A stretch of 64,000 nucleotides of DNA from Candidatus Woesearchaeota archaeon (GTDB lineage: Archaea > Nanobdellota > Nanobdellia > SCGC-AAA011-G17 > GW2011-AR20), in the NCBI GenBank assembly GCA_964359725.1, contig CAYHTT010000001.1:14618-78617 (forward strand). Reading direction: 5' to 3'. Shown piece by piece: positions 56,426 through 64,000 of this stretch. Position 1 is the stretch's first letter. Each line of letters opens with the position of its first letter. Made by a program: the position numbers and the translations under genes. The notes below the pieces were generated by a model. It was not told the DNA's origin and did no database searches. It worked only from the letters and a program-made list of their open reading frames with translations.

Positions 56426-58446
56426 GGCTAGATGCTACCGAACAAATAGAACGCTTTAAGGAGTTTATCCAAGCTACTTATGAAGATTATTTACATAATT
56501 TAGTAGCTCATGGTGTAAATGTCCTTAAAGTTGATTTTACAGAGTTAGCAAAATTTGATTTAGAATTAGCAGATGAATTACTCGAGAATCCTGAAGATAC
56601 GATAAGAGCAGCAGAATTAGCAATAGATAGCATGGAATTAATCTCGAAAGGATTTAGAGTTCGTTTATTTAATTTACCAAAAGACCAATTTATTTTTATT
56701 CGTGATATTAGGAGTACTCATTTAAATAAATTAATGTATACAGAAGGTATAGTAAGACAAAGTTCAAGTGTAAGACCAAAAGTAACTTCTGCTAAATTTG
56801 AATGCCCTGCTTGTGGCAACACAATCACAATGTTACAGATAGATACAAAATTTCGCGAGCCAACTAGATGCTCTTGCGGAAGACGCGGTTCTTTTAGATT
56901 GATAGGAAAAGATTTAGTTGATGCTCAACGTTTAGTTATAGAAGAAGTTCCAGAATCATTGGAAAGTGGAGCTCAATCAAAACGATTAACTGTATTTTTA
57001 AATGAAGATTTAGTTGAACCAAAGATGGAAAAACATACTACGCCAGGAAGTAAAATCTTAGTTGTTGGCATAATAAAAGAAGTTCCAATTATTCTTAGAA
57101 CTGGGGCTCAATCCACAACATATGACTTGATGATGGATTCTAATAATGTTCAAGCTATAGAAAAAACATACTGGGAAGTTGAACTTAATGAGGAAGATGA
57201 AAAAGAAATAAAAAAAGTGGCAAAAGACCCAAGAGTTTATGAAAAATTAATTAGTTGTATTGCACCAAGTATATATGGCCATGAAAAAGTAAAAGAAGCA
57301 TTGTTATTGCAATTAATGGGTGGGATAAAAAAAGTGAAAGAAGATGGTACAGTAACAAGAGGAGATATGCACGTGTTGCTAGTTGGGGACCCTGGAGCGG
57401 GAAAAAGTCAAATGTTAACATTTATTTCAAAAATAGCACCTAAAGCAAGACTTGTTTCTGGGAAAGGTTCAACGGGTGCTGGCTTAACTGCTACTGTAGT
57501 TAAAGATGAATTTTTACGAGGCTGGGCATTAGAAGCTGGAGCCTTAGTTTTAGCAAATGGTGGAACAGCTGTTATAGATGAGTTAGATAAAATGTCTAGC
57601 GAAGATAGAGATGCTTTGCATGAAGCATTAGAGCAACAAAGAATTTCAATAGCAAAGGCAAATATTCAGGCAACATTGAAAGCCGAGACAACAGTTTTAG
57701 CAGCTGCGAATCCTAAATTAGGAAGATTTGATCCATACACTTTAATAGCAGCTCAAATTGACTTACCCCCAACTTTAATTAACAGATTTGATTTAATATT
57801 TCCAATACGCGATATCCCCAATAGAGAATTAGATAGCAAGATAGCGGGTCATGTACTCACCTTACAACAAAGACCAGAAGAACTTAAAACAGAAATACCT
57901 TTGGAATTAATAAAAAAATATATCTCTTATGCTAAGCAAAAAGTCTATCCTAAATTAACAGATGAAGCTTTAGATGAAATAAAAAATTTCTATGTTAATT
58001 TACGTAACAGTGAGCAAAGAAGTGAGCAAGAAATTAGACCAATTCCAATTAGTGCAAGGCAATTAGAAGCTTTGGTAAGATTAGCAGAGGGTTCTGCTCG
58101 TACTAGACTTTCAAATAAAGTAACTAGAGAAGATGCAATTAGAGCAATTACCTTATTAAGACATTGTTTGATGGAAGTCGGGTTTGATAAAGAAACAGGA
58201 CAAATAGATATTGATAGAATTGCAACAGGAATTCCAACCTCGCAACGTTCTAGAATTATTATTATACGAGAGATTATTAAAAAATTAGAAGCTAAAATAG
58301 GTAAGATGATCCCAATTCAAGATATAATAAATGAAGCCTCTGTTAAAGAATTAGATCAGGCTCAAGTTGAAGAAGTGATAGAACAATTAAGAAGAGAAGG
58401 AGAAGTATTTGAACCACGTCGAGGTTTTATTAGCCCATTAAGATAA
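56422..58446 (+). CDS. mcm: MCM replicative helicase
   Basis: Zn finger, GDPGAGKS, IDELDKM, AANP, NRFD, RQLE and C-terminal wHTH; no intein. Confidence 0.97.
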   Translation: MRLDATEQIERFKEFIQATYEDYLHNLVAHGVNVLKVDFTELAKFDLELADELLENPEDTIRAAELAIDSMELISKGFRVRLFNLPKDQFIFIRDIRSTHLNKLMYTEGIVRQSSSVRPKVTSAKFECPACGNTITMLQIDTKFREPTRCSCGRRGSFRLIGKDLVDAQRLVIEEVPESLESGAQSKRLTVFLNEDLVEPKMEKHTTPGSKILVVGIIKEVPIILRTGAQSTTYDLMMDSNNVQAIEKTYWEVELNEEDEKEIKKVAKDPRVYEKLISCIAPSIYGHEKVKEALLLQLMGGIKKVKEDGTVTRGDMHVLLVGDPGAGKSQMLTFISKIAPKARLVSGKGSTGAGLTATVVKDEFLRGWALEAGALVLANGGTAVIDELDKMSSEDRDALHEALEQQRISIAKANIQATLKAETTVLAAANPKLGRFDPYTLIAAQIDLPPTLINRFDLIFPIRDIPNRELDSKIAGHVLTLQQRPEELKTEIPLELIKKYISYAKQKVYPKLTDEALDEIKNFYVNLRNSEQRSEQEIRPIPISARQLEALVRLAEGSARTRLSNKVTREDAIRAITLLRHCLMEVGFDKETGQIDIDRIATGIPTSQRSRIIIIREIIKKLEAKIGKMIPIQDIINEASVKELDQAQVEEVIEQLRREGEVFEPRRGFISPLR

Positions 58447-58447
58447 A

Positions 58448-59125
58448 ATGCCAATTTCTAGATTAACAGCTTACAAAATATGGATTGCTAATTTAATTAA
58501 TTCTCCTTATGTAAATAGTCCAGGTGAGTTTGAGTCTAATTATATAAGCTTTAATGGTAAAGAAATATCAAGAGTAAATATAATTGCTACTGTAGTTGAT
58601 AAATTTGTTTCGGAAGATAATAGTTATGTTACAATAATGATAGATGATAGTTCTAGCCAAATAAGACTTAAAACTTGGAGAGAAGATACCTCTTTATTAA
58701 AAAATATAAATTTAGGTGATGTAATTTTATTAATAGCTCGAGTTAAAAATTATCAAAATGAAATTTATTTGTTACCAGAAATTGTAAAAAATGTAAATCC
58801 TAATTGGGAAATTATAAGAAAATTAGAGTTACTAAAAGAATATGGTAAACCAGAATTTGAGGTAGGTAAAGTTGAAGAAATTATCACACCATCTACACAA
58901 ATTACAGAAACTCTGAAAATAGAAGAGATTAGTTTTAGTTCGACTAATTTAAGAAATGAATTATTGAATCTAATTGAGAAATATGAAGAAAAACTAGGAA
59001 TAAGTTTAGAGGAAATTAAAACAGAGTTACATTATAGTATTGGAGATATGAATAATATTCTACAAGAACTAATAAAAGAAGGTCAGATTTACCAAATAGG
59101 AGAGAAATATAGATTAATGTTATAA
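58448..59125 (+). CDS. RPA32-like OB-fold plus wHTH protein
   Basis: ISRVNIIATVV...DDSS..IR OB fold; C-terminal L-KEGQIY wHTH. Confidence 0.8.
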   Translation: MPISRLTAYKIWIANLINSPYVNSPGEFESNYISFNGKEISRVNIIATVVDKFVSEDNSYVTIMIDDSSSQIRLKTWREDTSLLKNINLGDVILLIARVKNYQNEIYLLPEIVKNVNPNWEIIRKLELLKEYGKPEFEVGKVEEIITPSTQITETLKIEEISFSSTNLRNELLNLIEKYEEKLGISLEEIKTELHYSIGDMNNILQELIKEGQIYQIGEKYRLML

Positions 59126-59159
59126 AAAGCTTTAAAAACATAATTTCTAAATCAATATT

Positions 59160-59573
59160 ATGAAATATGATTACGAAAAATTATTAGAGCAAGCGAAGAA
59201 GAATTTACCCGAGATTAAAGTAGGCAGCGAAAGATTTGAAATTCCTAAAGTTACAGGTCATATTCAGGGTAATAAAACCATAATTTCAAATTTTGCAGCT
59301 ATAGCAAAAATATTTAATCGTGATCAAAATCATTTACTCAAATATTTATTAAGAGAATTAGCTACTCCAGGAAATGTAGATGGTCCTAGATTAATTCTTG
59401 GTAGAAAAATCTCTGCTTCATTAATAAATTCAAAAATCCAGCAATATGCAGAAGAATTTGTACTTTGTCCTGTATGCAAGAAACCAGATACAATATTAAA
59501 GAAAGAAGAACGTATTACAACAATGAAATGTATGGCTTGTGGCGCGAAAAATCCTGTTAAAACTAGAATATGA
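59160..59573 (+). CDS. eif2b: Translation initiation factor 2 subunit beta
   Basis: ERFEIP, GNKTII-NF, LRELAT and CPVC-KPDT...CMACGA motifs. Confidence 0.96.
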   Translation: MKYDYEKLLEQAKKNLPEIKVGSERFEIPKVTGHIQGNKTIISNFAAIAKIFNRDQNHLLKYLLRELATPGNVDGPRLILGRKISASLINSKIQQYAEEFVLCPVCKKPDTILKKEERITTMKCMACGAKNPVKTRI

Positions 59574-59863
59574 TTTATTTAAAGAAAAATATTTCACAAG
59601 AATCAGAGGTTATTGCAATTTGTGATTCTGATTTAATAGGGAAAAAACTTTTTGATAAGGGATTAGTATTAGATATTACAGAGAGATTTTACAAAGGCGA
59701 ACTATTAAATGAAGAAGAAATAATCGAAATATTAAAAAATGCTAAAAATATTAATATAGTTGGTAAAGAAGCTGTAAAATTAGCATTAAAAATTGGAATA
59801 ATTGAAGAAGAAAATATATTAAAAATTCAAAACATACCACACGCTTTAGTATTTGGAATATGA
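59570..59863 (+). CDS. DUF424 family protein
   Basis: AICD-DLIGK...FYKG...NIVG...IPHA; conserved neighbour of aIF2beta. Confidence 0.88.
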   Translation: MIYLKKNISQESEVIAICDSDLIGKKLFDKGLVLDITERFYKGELLNEEEIIEILKNAKNINIVGKEAVKLALKIGIIEEENILKIQNIPHALVFGI

Positions 59864-60171
59864 TATATACAAATTCAATGTATTATGAAGGAATTTTACA
59901 GATACGTCCAAATAATGAAAAAGTTATTGAATATATTAAAGATGAAATAGAAAAAGCAGGAAATGTTTTTATTTCTCGCGAGATTGTAAAAAAATTTGGA
60001 ACAGATTTATACTTAACAAATAAATTTTTCTTAAGCCAATTATCTAATAAATTAAGAAAAAAATTTAATGGTGAAGTAAAACGCTCAAGAAGTTTGTATA
60101 AAATAAGTAGAATGACAAGTAAAGAATTAACTAGATTAACAATTTGTTTTAGACTTACAAAAGATTTATAA
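59860..60171 (+). CDS. Short NMD3-like protein (central domain only)
   Basis: YYEGILQIR...GTDLYL...R-TI-FR; gene order DUF424-NMD3. Confidence 0.75.
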   Translation: MIYTNSMYYEGILQIRPNNEKVIEYIKDEIEKAGNVFISREIVKKFGTDLYLTNKFFLSQLSNKLRKKFNGEVKRSRSLYKISRMTSKELTRLTICFRLTKDL

Positions 60172-60194
60172 AAAGAATTTCTGAATAATAATTT

Positions 60195-60503
60195 ATGGAA
60201 CAACCTCAAGAAGAAATCAGAATAAAAACTCCAAGAGGCAATCAAGTACTCGGGTTAATAGAGCAAAGACTAGGTGGAAGTAGAATGCGAGTAAAATGTT
60301 TAGATGGAAAAATAAGAATTTGTAGAATTCCTGGAAGATTAAAAAGAAAACTCTGGATTAGAGAAGGTGATTTATTATTAATCGAGCCATGGGAATTTGA
60401 TAATGAAAGAGGAGATGTTATTTTTAAATATCAACCAAATCAAGTTGATTGGCTTAAGAGAAAAGGATATTTAAAAGAATTAGAAAATTTAGAAGAATTC
60501 TAG
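60195..60503 (+). CDS. eif1a: Translation initiation factor aIF-1A
   Basis: LGGSRM-V-C-DGK-RICRIPGRLKRKLWIREGD...PW. Confidence 0.96.
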   Translation: MEQPQEEIRIKTPRGNQVLGLIEQRLGGSRMRVKCLDGKIRICRIPGRLKRKLWIREGDLLLIEPWEFDNERGDVIFKYQPNQVDWLKRKGYLKELENLEEF

Positions 60504-60505
60504 AT

Positions 60506-61027
60506 ATGGACGAAATTAGAATTCCAAAAGATAGAGTAGCAGTTCTTATAGGTAAAAAAGGAAAAACTAAAAAAGAGATTTCTCAAGCTACACATACAAA
60601 AATTAAAGTTGATTCAAAAGAGGGTGATGTTATAATTATAGGAGAAAATGGCTTAGATGTTTATAATGCTAAGAGAATTATACAGGCAATTGGTCGCGGT
60701 TTTAATCCCGATAAAGCTTTAGAATTATTAGAAGAGGATAAAGCATTTGAAATAATTAATATGCAAAATTATGCAAGAAATACAAAAGATGATTTAAAAA
60801 GAATAAAAGGCAGAATTATAGGAAGAAGAGGTAAAGCTAAAAAAATGATTGAGGATTTAGTTAATGTTAATTTATCAATTTATGGAAAAACAGTTAGCAT
60901 TATTGGTAAGCAAGAAAATGTTGATATAGCTAGACATGCAATATCTAATTTATTGTCTGGCAGCAAACACGGTAAAGTATATAATTATTTAGAAAAACAA
61001 AGGAAAAAGAAAAAATATATAATATAA
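60506..61027 (+). CDS. KH-domain ribosome biogenesis factor (Dim2/Pno1)
   Basis: RVAVLIGKKG, AIGRGF, RIIGRRG, YGKTV and G-KHG-VY motifs. Confidence 0.93.
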   Translation: MDEIRIPKDRVAVLIGKKGKTKKEISQATHTKIKVDSKEGDVIIIGENGLDVYNAKRIIQAIGRGFNPDKALELLEEDKAFEIINMQNYARNTKDDLKRIKGRIIGRRGKAKKMIEDLVNVNLSIYGKTVSIIGKQENVDIARHAISNLLSGSKHGKVYNYLEKQRKKKKYII

Positions 61028-61068
61028 GAACTATAACCTTTATAAATTAGTTAATAACTTTGTTTCTT

Positions 61069-62652
61069 ATGAAAGCTGAAAAGAGAAGTGATATAGTAGC
61101 ATTAGAATTAGCCAAGCAACAACGCGAGATTAGTATATCAGAATTTTTCTTAAAAAACAGGCATTTACTTGGTTTCGATAATCCTACACGTGCTTTAATG
61201 ATGGTTGTTAAAGAAGCTTGTGATAATTCTTTAGACGCTTGTACAGATATGAGGGTTTTGCCTGAGATAAAAGTTGAACTTACTCAATTAGCAGAAGATA
61301 GATTTAAAGTTGTAGTTGAAGATAATGGACCAGGTATAGTTAAACAACAAATTCCAAATATATTCGGTAAATTATTATATGGAAGTAAATTTTATACTTT
61401 AAAACAAAATCGTGGTTCTCAGGGTATTGGGATAAGTGCAGCTGTTCTTTACTCACAACTTACAACAGGAAAACCAACTAAAATTTATTCTAGAATAAGC
61501 CCCAAAAAATCCGCACATTACTTTGAATTACAAATTGATACTAAAAAAAATGAGCCACGAGTTTTAAAGGATAATGAAATAAATTGGAATAAAGACCATG
61601 GTACTAAAATTGAACTTGAGATAGAAGGACGTTATTTAAAAGGAAAACAAAGTGTTGATGAGTACATAAAACAAACAGCTATTGTGAATCCCCATGCTAC
61701 TATTATCTACATTACACCTGAAAAAGAGAAATTTGAATACAAAAGAGTAACAGAAGAATTACCAAAAGAAGCTAAAGAAATTAAACCACATCCTTATGGA
61801 ATCGAGTTAGGACAATTAATCAAGATGTTACATGATACTCGTGCAAATACTTTACAAGGTTTTTTACAAAGTGATTTTTCTAGAATAGGTCAACTAACAG
61901 CTAAAGAAATATGTAATAAAGCAAAGTTAAAACAAGATGAAAAACCAAAAAAATTAGAGCATAAACAAATTGAAGTATTGTTTAAAGCATTACAAGAAAC
62001 TAAAATAATAAGCCCATCAAGTGATTGTTTAAGTCCTATTGGAGCTGAATTATTAGAAAAAGAATTAAGAAAAGAAATTAATGCTGATTTTTATGTTACA
62101 ATATCTAGAAGCCCAGCTGTTTATAGGGGAATGCCTTTTATTATTGAAACAGGAATGGCTTATGGTGGTGAGTTAGATAAAGAAAGCCAAGTTAGATTAA
62201 TGAGACTTGCTAATAGAGTACCTTTACTTTATCAACAAGGTGCTTGTGCAATTACAGAAGCTGTTACAGAAACAAATTGGAAACCATATGAATTACAACA
62301 AAGTGGAAATAATTTACCAGTAGGGCCAACTCTAATCTTAGTTCATATTGCAAGCGTTTGGGTTCCATTTACAAGCGAGGCAAAAGAAGCAGTAGCTCAT
62401 TACGATGAAATTATTAAAGAAATTAAATTAGCATTGCAAGAATGTGGAAGAAAGTTAAGTATTTATATTCATAAGCATATTAGAGCAGCAGAGCAACGTG
62501 ATAAAATAGATTTATTTGAAAAATACATTCCAGAATTATCAAATGCTTTATCAAATCTAACAAATTATAAAAAAGAATTATTACAAGAAAAATTACAAAA
62601 ATTATTAAAAAAAGAACTTCCAACTTTAGAATCTGAAAATGAAAAAAAGTAA
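61069..62652 (+). CDS. top6B: DNA topoisomerase VI subunit B
   Basis: ISEFF-KN, E--DNSLDA, EDNGPG, RG-QGIGIS, ANRVPLL and VPFTSEAKEA motifs. Confidence 0.97.
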   Translation: MKAEKRSDIVALELAKQQREISISEFFLKNRHLLGFDNPTRALMMVVKEACDNSLDACTDMRVLPEIKVELTQLAEDRFKVVVEDNGPGIVKQQIPNIFGKLLYGSKFYTLKQNRGSQGIGISAAVLYSQLTTGKPTKIYSRISPKKSAHYFELQIDTKKNEPRVLKDNEINWNKDHGTKIELEIEGRYLKGKQSVDEYIKQTAIVNPHATIIYITPEKEKFEYKRVTEELPKEAKEIKPHPYGIELGQLIKMLHDTRANTLQGFLQSDFSRIGQLTAKEICNKAKLKQDEKPKKLEHKQIEVLFKALQETKIISPSSDCLSPIGAELLEKELRKEINADFYVTISRSPAVYRGMPFIIETGMAYGGELDKESQVRLMRLANRVPLLYQQGACAITEAVTETNWKPYELQQSGNNLPVGPTLILVHIASVWVPFTSEAKEAVAHYDEIIKEIKLALQECGRKLSIYIHKHIRAAEQRDKIDLFEKYIPELSNALSNLTNYKKELLQEKLQKLLKKELPTLESENEKK

Positions 62653-63721
62653 ATCTGAAGAAAGATTAAAAGAACTTGGCTTAAAGGTAATTAAAGACGT
62701 TGAAAAGAATAAAAATCCAAGTATTACAGTGCCAATAAGAGCTTTAAGTAATGTTATATTTAATGAAAAAACTAAAACTTTAGAATTGGGAAATAAAACC
62801 TCTAACAGATTTTTCTTCAACGTTGCTCATGCTAAAAAATTCTTACAAACTATTGAAGTAGCTAGTATAAGTAAAAATTTAATTGAAGAAGGAAAGCATG
62901 CAAGTTTAAGGGATGTGTTTTATATGGCTAAACGTACTATTCCTGAAACAAATGTTAATTTAGTTGATGATCAAAGTGAAAGTGATGATATAATAGAAGA
63001 TTTAGAATTAGTTACAGGTAATTCAAGAGAGCAATTACATGTTAATGCAAATAAAAATGGAAGTGTTGTAGGAAAAGTTACAATAGAAGATTCTGGTGAT
63101 ATAATAAGATGGGATAAATTAGGATCAGGAGGATGGAGTATTCCTAGTAACGTTGAAGATATTAAATTTAAAAATGTAAATGCAAAATATGTAATTTATA
63201 TGGAAAAAGCAGCTGTTTGGGAAAGATTAAACGAAGATAAATTTTGGAATAAACAAAATTGCATCCTTTTAAGTTCACAAGGTCAAACAACCAGGGGAAT
63301 AAGAAGACTGTTACAAAGGTTGTATGAAGAACACAAACTTCCAATTTATGTCCTCTGTGATTTTGATATTTTTGGTGCTTATATCTATTCTGTTATAAAA
63401 TATGGTAGTATTAATTTAGCGCATGCTTCCGAACACATGGCAATACCAAGTGTGAGATATTTAGGGATAACCGCACAGGATATAGAAAAATATGATTTAA
63501 AAAAGCATTTAATTAAATTAAATGATAAAGATATTGCAAGAATAAAGCAAGTTTCTGAATATGAATGGTTCAAGAATAATAAGGCATGGCAACAACAATT
63601 TAAAATGATGAAACAAATGAATGCAAAAGCTGAAATTCAGGCATTAAGTGCTCGTGGTATTACTTTTATTTCTGAAAAATATTTACCAGAGAAGATTAAG
63701 AATAAAGATTTTATTGATTAG
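62639..63721 (+). CDS. top6A: DNA topoisomerase VI subunit A
   Basis: LRDVFY (catalytic Tyr), DQ-ESD--IED, EK, D-D and KAEIQAL motifs. Confidence 0.96.
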   Translation: MKKSKSEERLKELGLKVIKDVEKNKNPSITVPIRALSNVIFNEKTKTLELGNKTSNRFFFNVAHAKKFLQTIEVASISKNLIEEGKHASLRDVFYMAKRTIPETNVNLVDDQSESDDIIEDLELVTGNSREQLHVNANKNGSVVGKVTIEDSGDIIRWDKLGSGGWSIPSNVEDIKFKNVNAKYVIYMEKAAVWERLNEDKFWNKQNCILLSSQGQTTRGIRRLLQRLYEEHKLPIYVLCDFDIFGAYIYSVIKYGSINLAHASEHMAIPSVRYLGITAQDIEKYDLKKHLIKLNDKDIARIKQVSEYEWFKNNKAWQQQFKMMKQMNAKAEIQALSARGITFISEKYLPEKIKNKDFID

Positions 63722-63771
63722 CAACGAGTATTAGAAACATTTTTAAAGAATTTCTGACGATTTTATTTTAT

Positions 63772-63857
63772 GCCCCGGTAGCTCAGTCTGGTAGAGCACA
63801 TGGCTGTTAGAGAATGTAGAAACCATGCGGTCGTCGGTTCAAATCCGGCCTGGGGCG
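63772..63857 (+). tRNA. tRNA-Asn(GTT) with a 12-nt canonical 37/38 intron (63810-63821)
   Basis: Acceptor GCCCCGG/CTGGGGC; CATGG-CTGTTA[GAGAATGTAGAA]A-CCATG; T-loop TTCAAAT. Confidence 0.93.
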
Positions 63858-63860
63858 CTT

Positions 63861-63936
63861 GGGGCTGTAGTTCAGCCTGGTCTAGAACGCTACTCTGATA
63901 AGGTAGAGGTCGGAAGTTCAAATCTTCCCAGCCCCA
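63861..63936 (+). tRNA. tRNA-Ile(GAT)
   Basis: Acceptor GGGGCTG/CAGCCCC; anticodon arm CTACT-CTGATAA-GGTAG; 3 nt downstream of tRNA-Asn. Confidence 0.95.
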
Positions 63937-63950
63937 CTTTTTATTATAAA

Positions 63951-64000
63951 ATGAAAATCTTATTTATATGTAGAGCAAACTTACAAAGAAGTCCTACAGC
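63951..64000 (+). CDS. Low-molecular-weight phosphatase/ArsC family protein, 5' fragment
   Basis: MKILFICRANLQRSPT contains the CX5R(S) P-loop; truncated by the window end. Confidence 0.75.
   Translation, partial: MKILFICRANLQRSPT

Noticed and set aside
6114..58446. Inteins in the usual hosts (DP2, PolB, Lon, RFC, MCM, TopA)
   Set aside because: All proteins are of minimal length with contiguous motifs and no intein-type insertions.
2757..63573. Numerous short ORF-track entries antisense to or nested in recognised genes (e.g. 2757, 6349, 9768, 15020, 20216, 32404, 37231, 43606, 45143, 55864, 59883)
   Set aside because: Shadow ORFs lying inside or opposite well-supported genes, with no motifs or translation signals.
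1..64000. CRISPR array or cas operon (prompted by the Cas4-like nuclease at 23267)
   Set aside because: No regularly spaced 24-47 bp repeats with unique spacers and no cas1/cas2; the repeats found are short and irregular.

Overview
Low-GC archaeal chromosomal segment, most likely from a DPANN lineage (Woesearchaeota/Pacearchaeota-like). The evidence is compact intein-free information-processing genes, PolD plus PolB, TBP, MCM, Topo VI, archaeal TyrRS, BHB-intron tRNAs and almost no biosynthetic genes; the lineage is an inference from gene content. The window holds a cdc6-DP1-DP2 operon beside a probable replication origin (12.4-12.9 kb, ORB-like boxes flanking an AT-rich DUE). It also has an accessory/defence-like tract (about 16.5-27 kb) with paired wHTH genes carrying internal DNA repeats, tandem dif-like sites, PIN, RadC, DUF2075, MazG, a Cas4-like nuclease and XerA. 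The rest is a long run of replication, translation and proteostasis genes plus three tRNAs, two of them intron-containing. The strongest candidate for new biology is a small Cc1-type chromatin-protein gene at 27118-27276, missed by the ORF track. It is interrupted by a 33-nt insert with an in-frame stop, and the insert folds into a bulge-helix-bulge whose predicted cut sites restore the reading frame exactly. This would be a tRNA-endonuclease-type intron in an mRNA other than cbf5. All calls were made by eye; no database searches were run.
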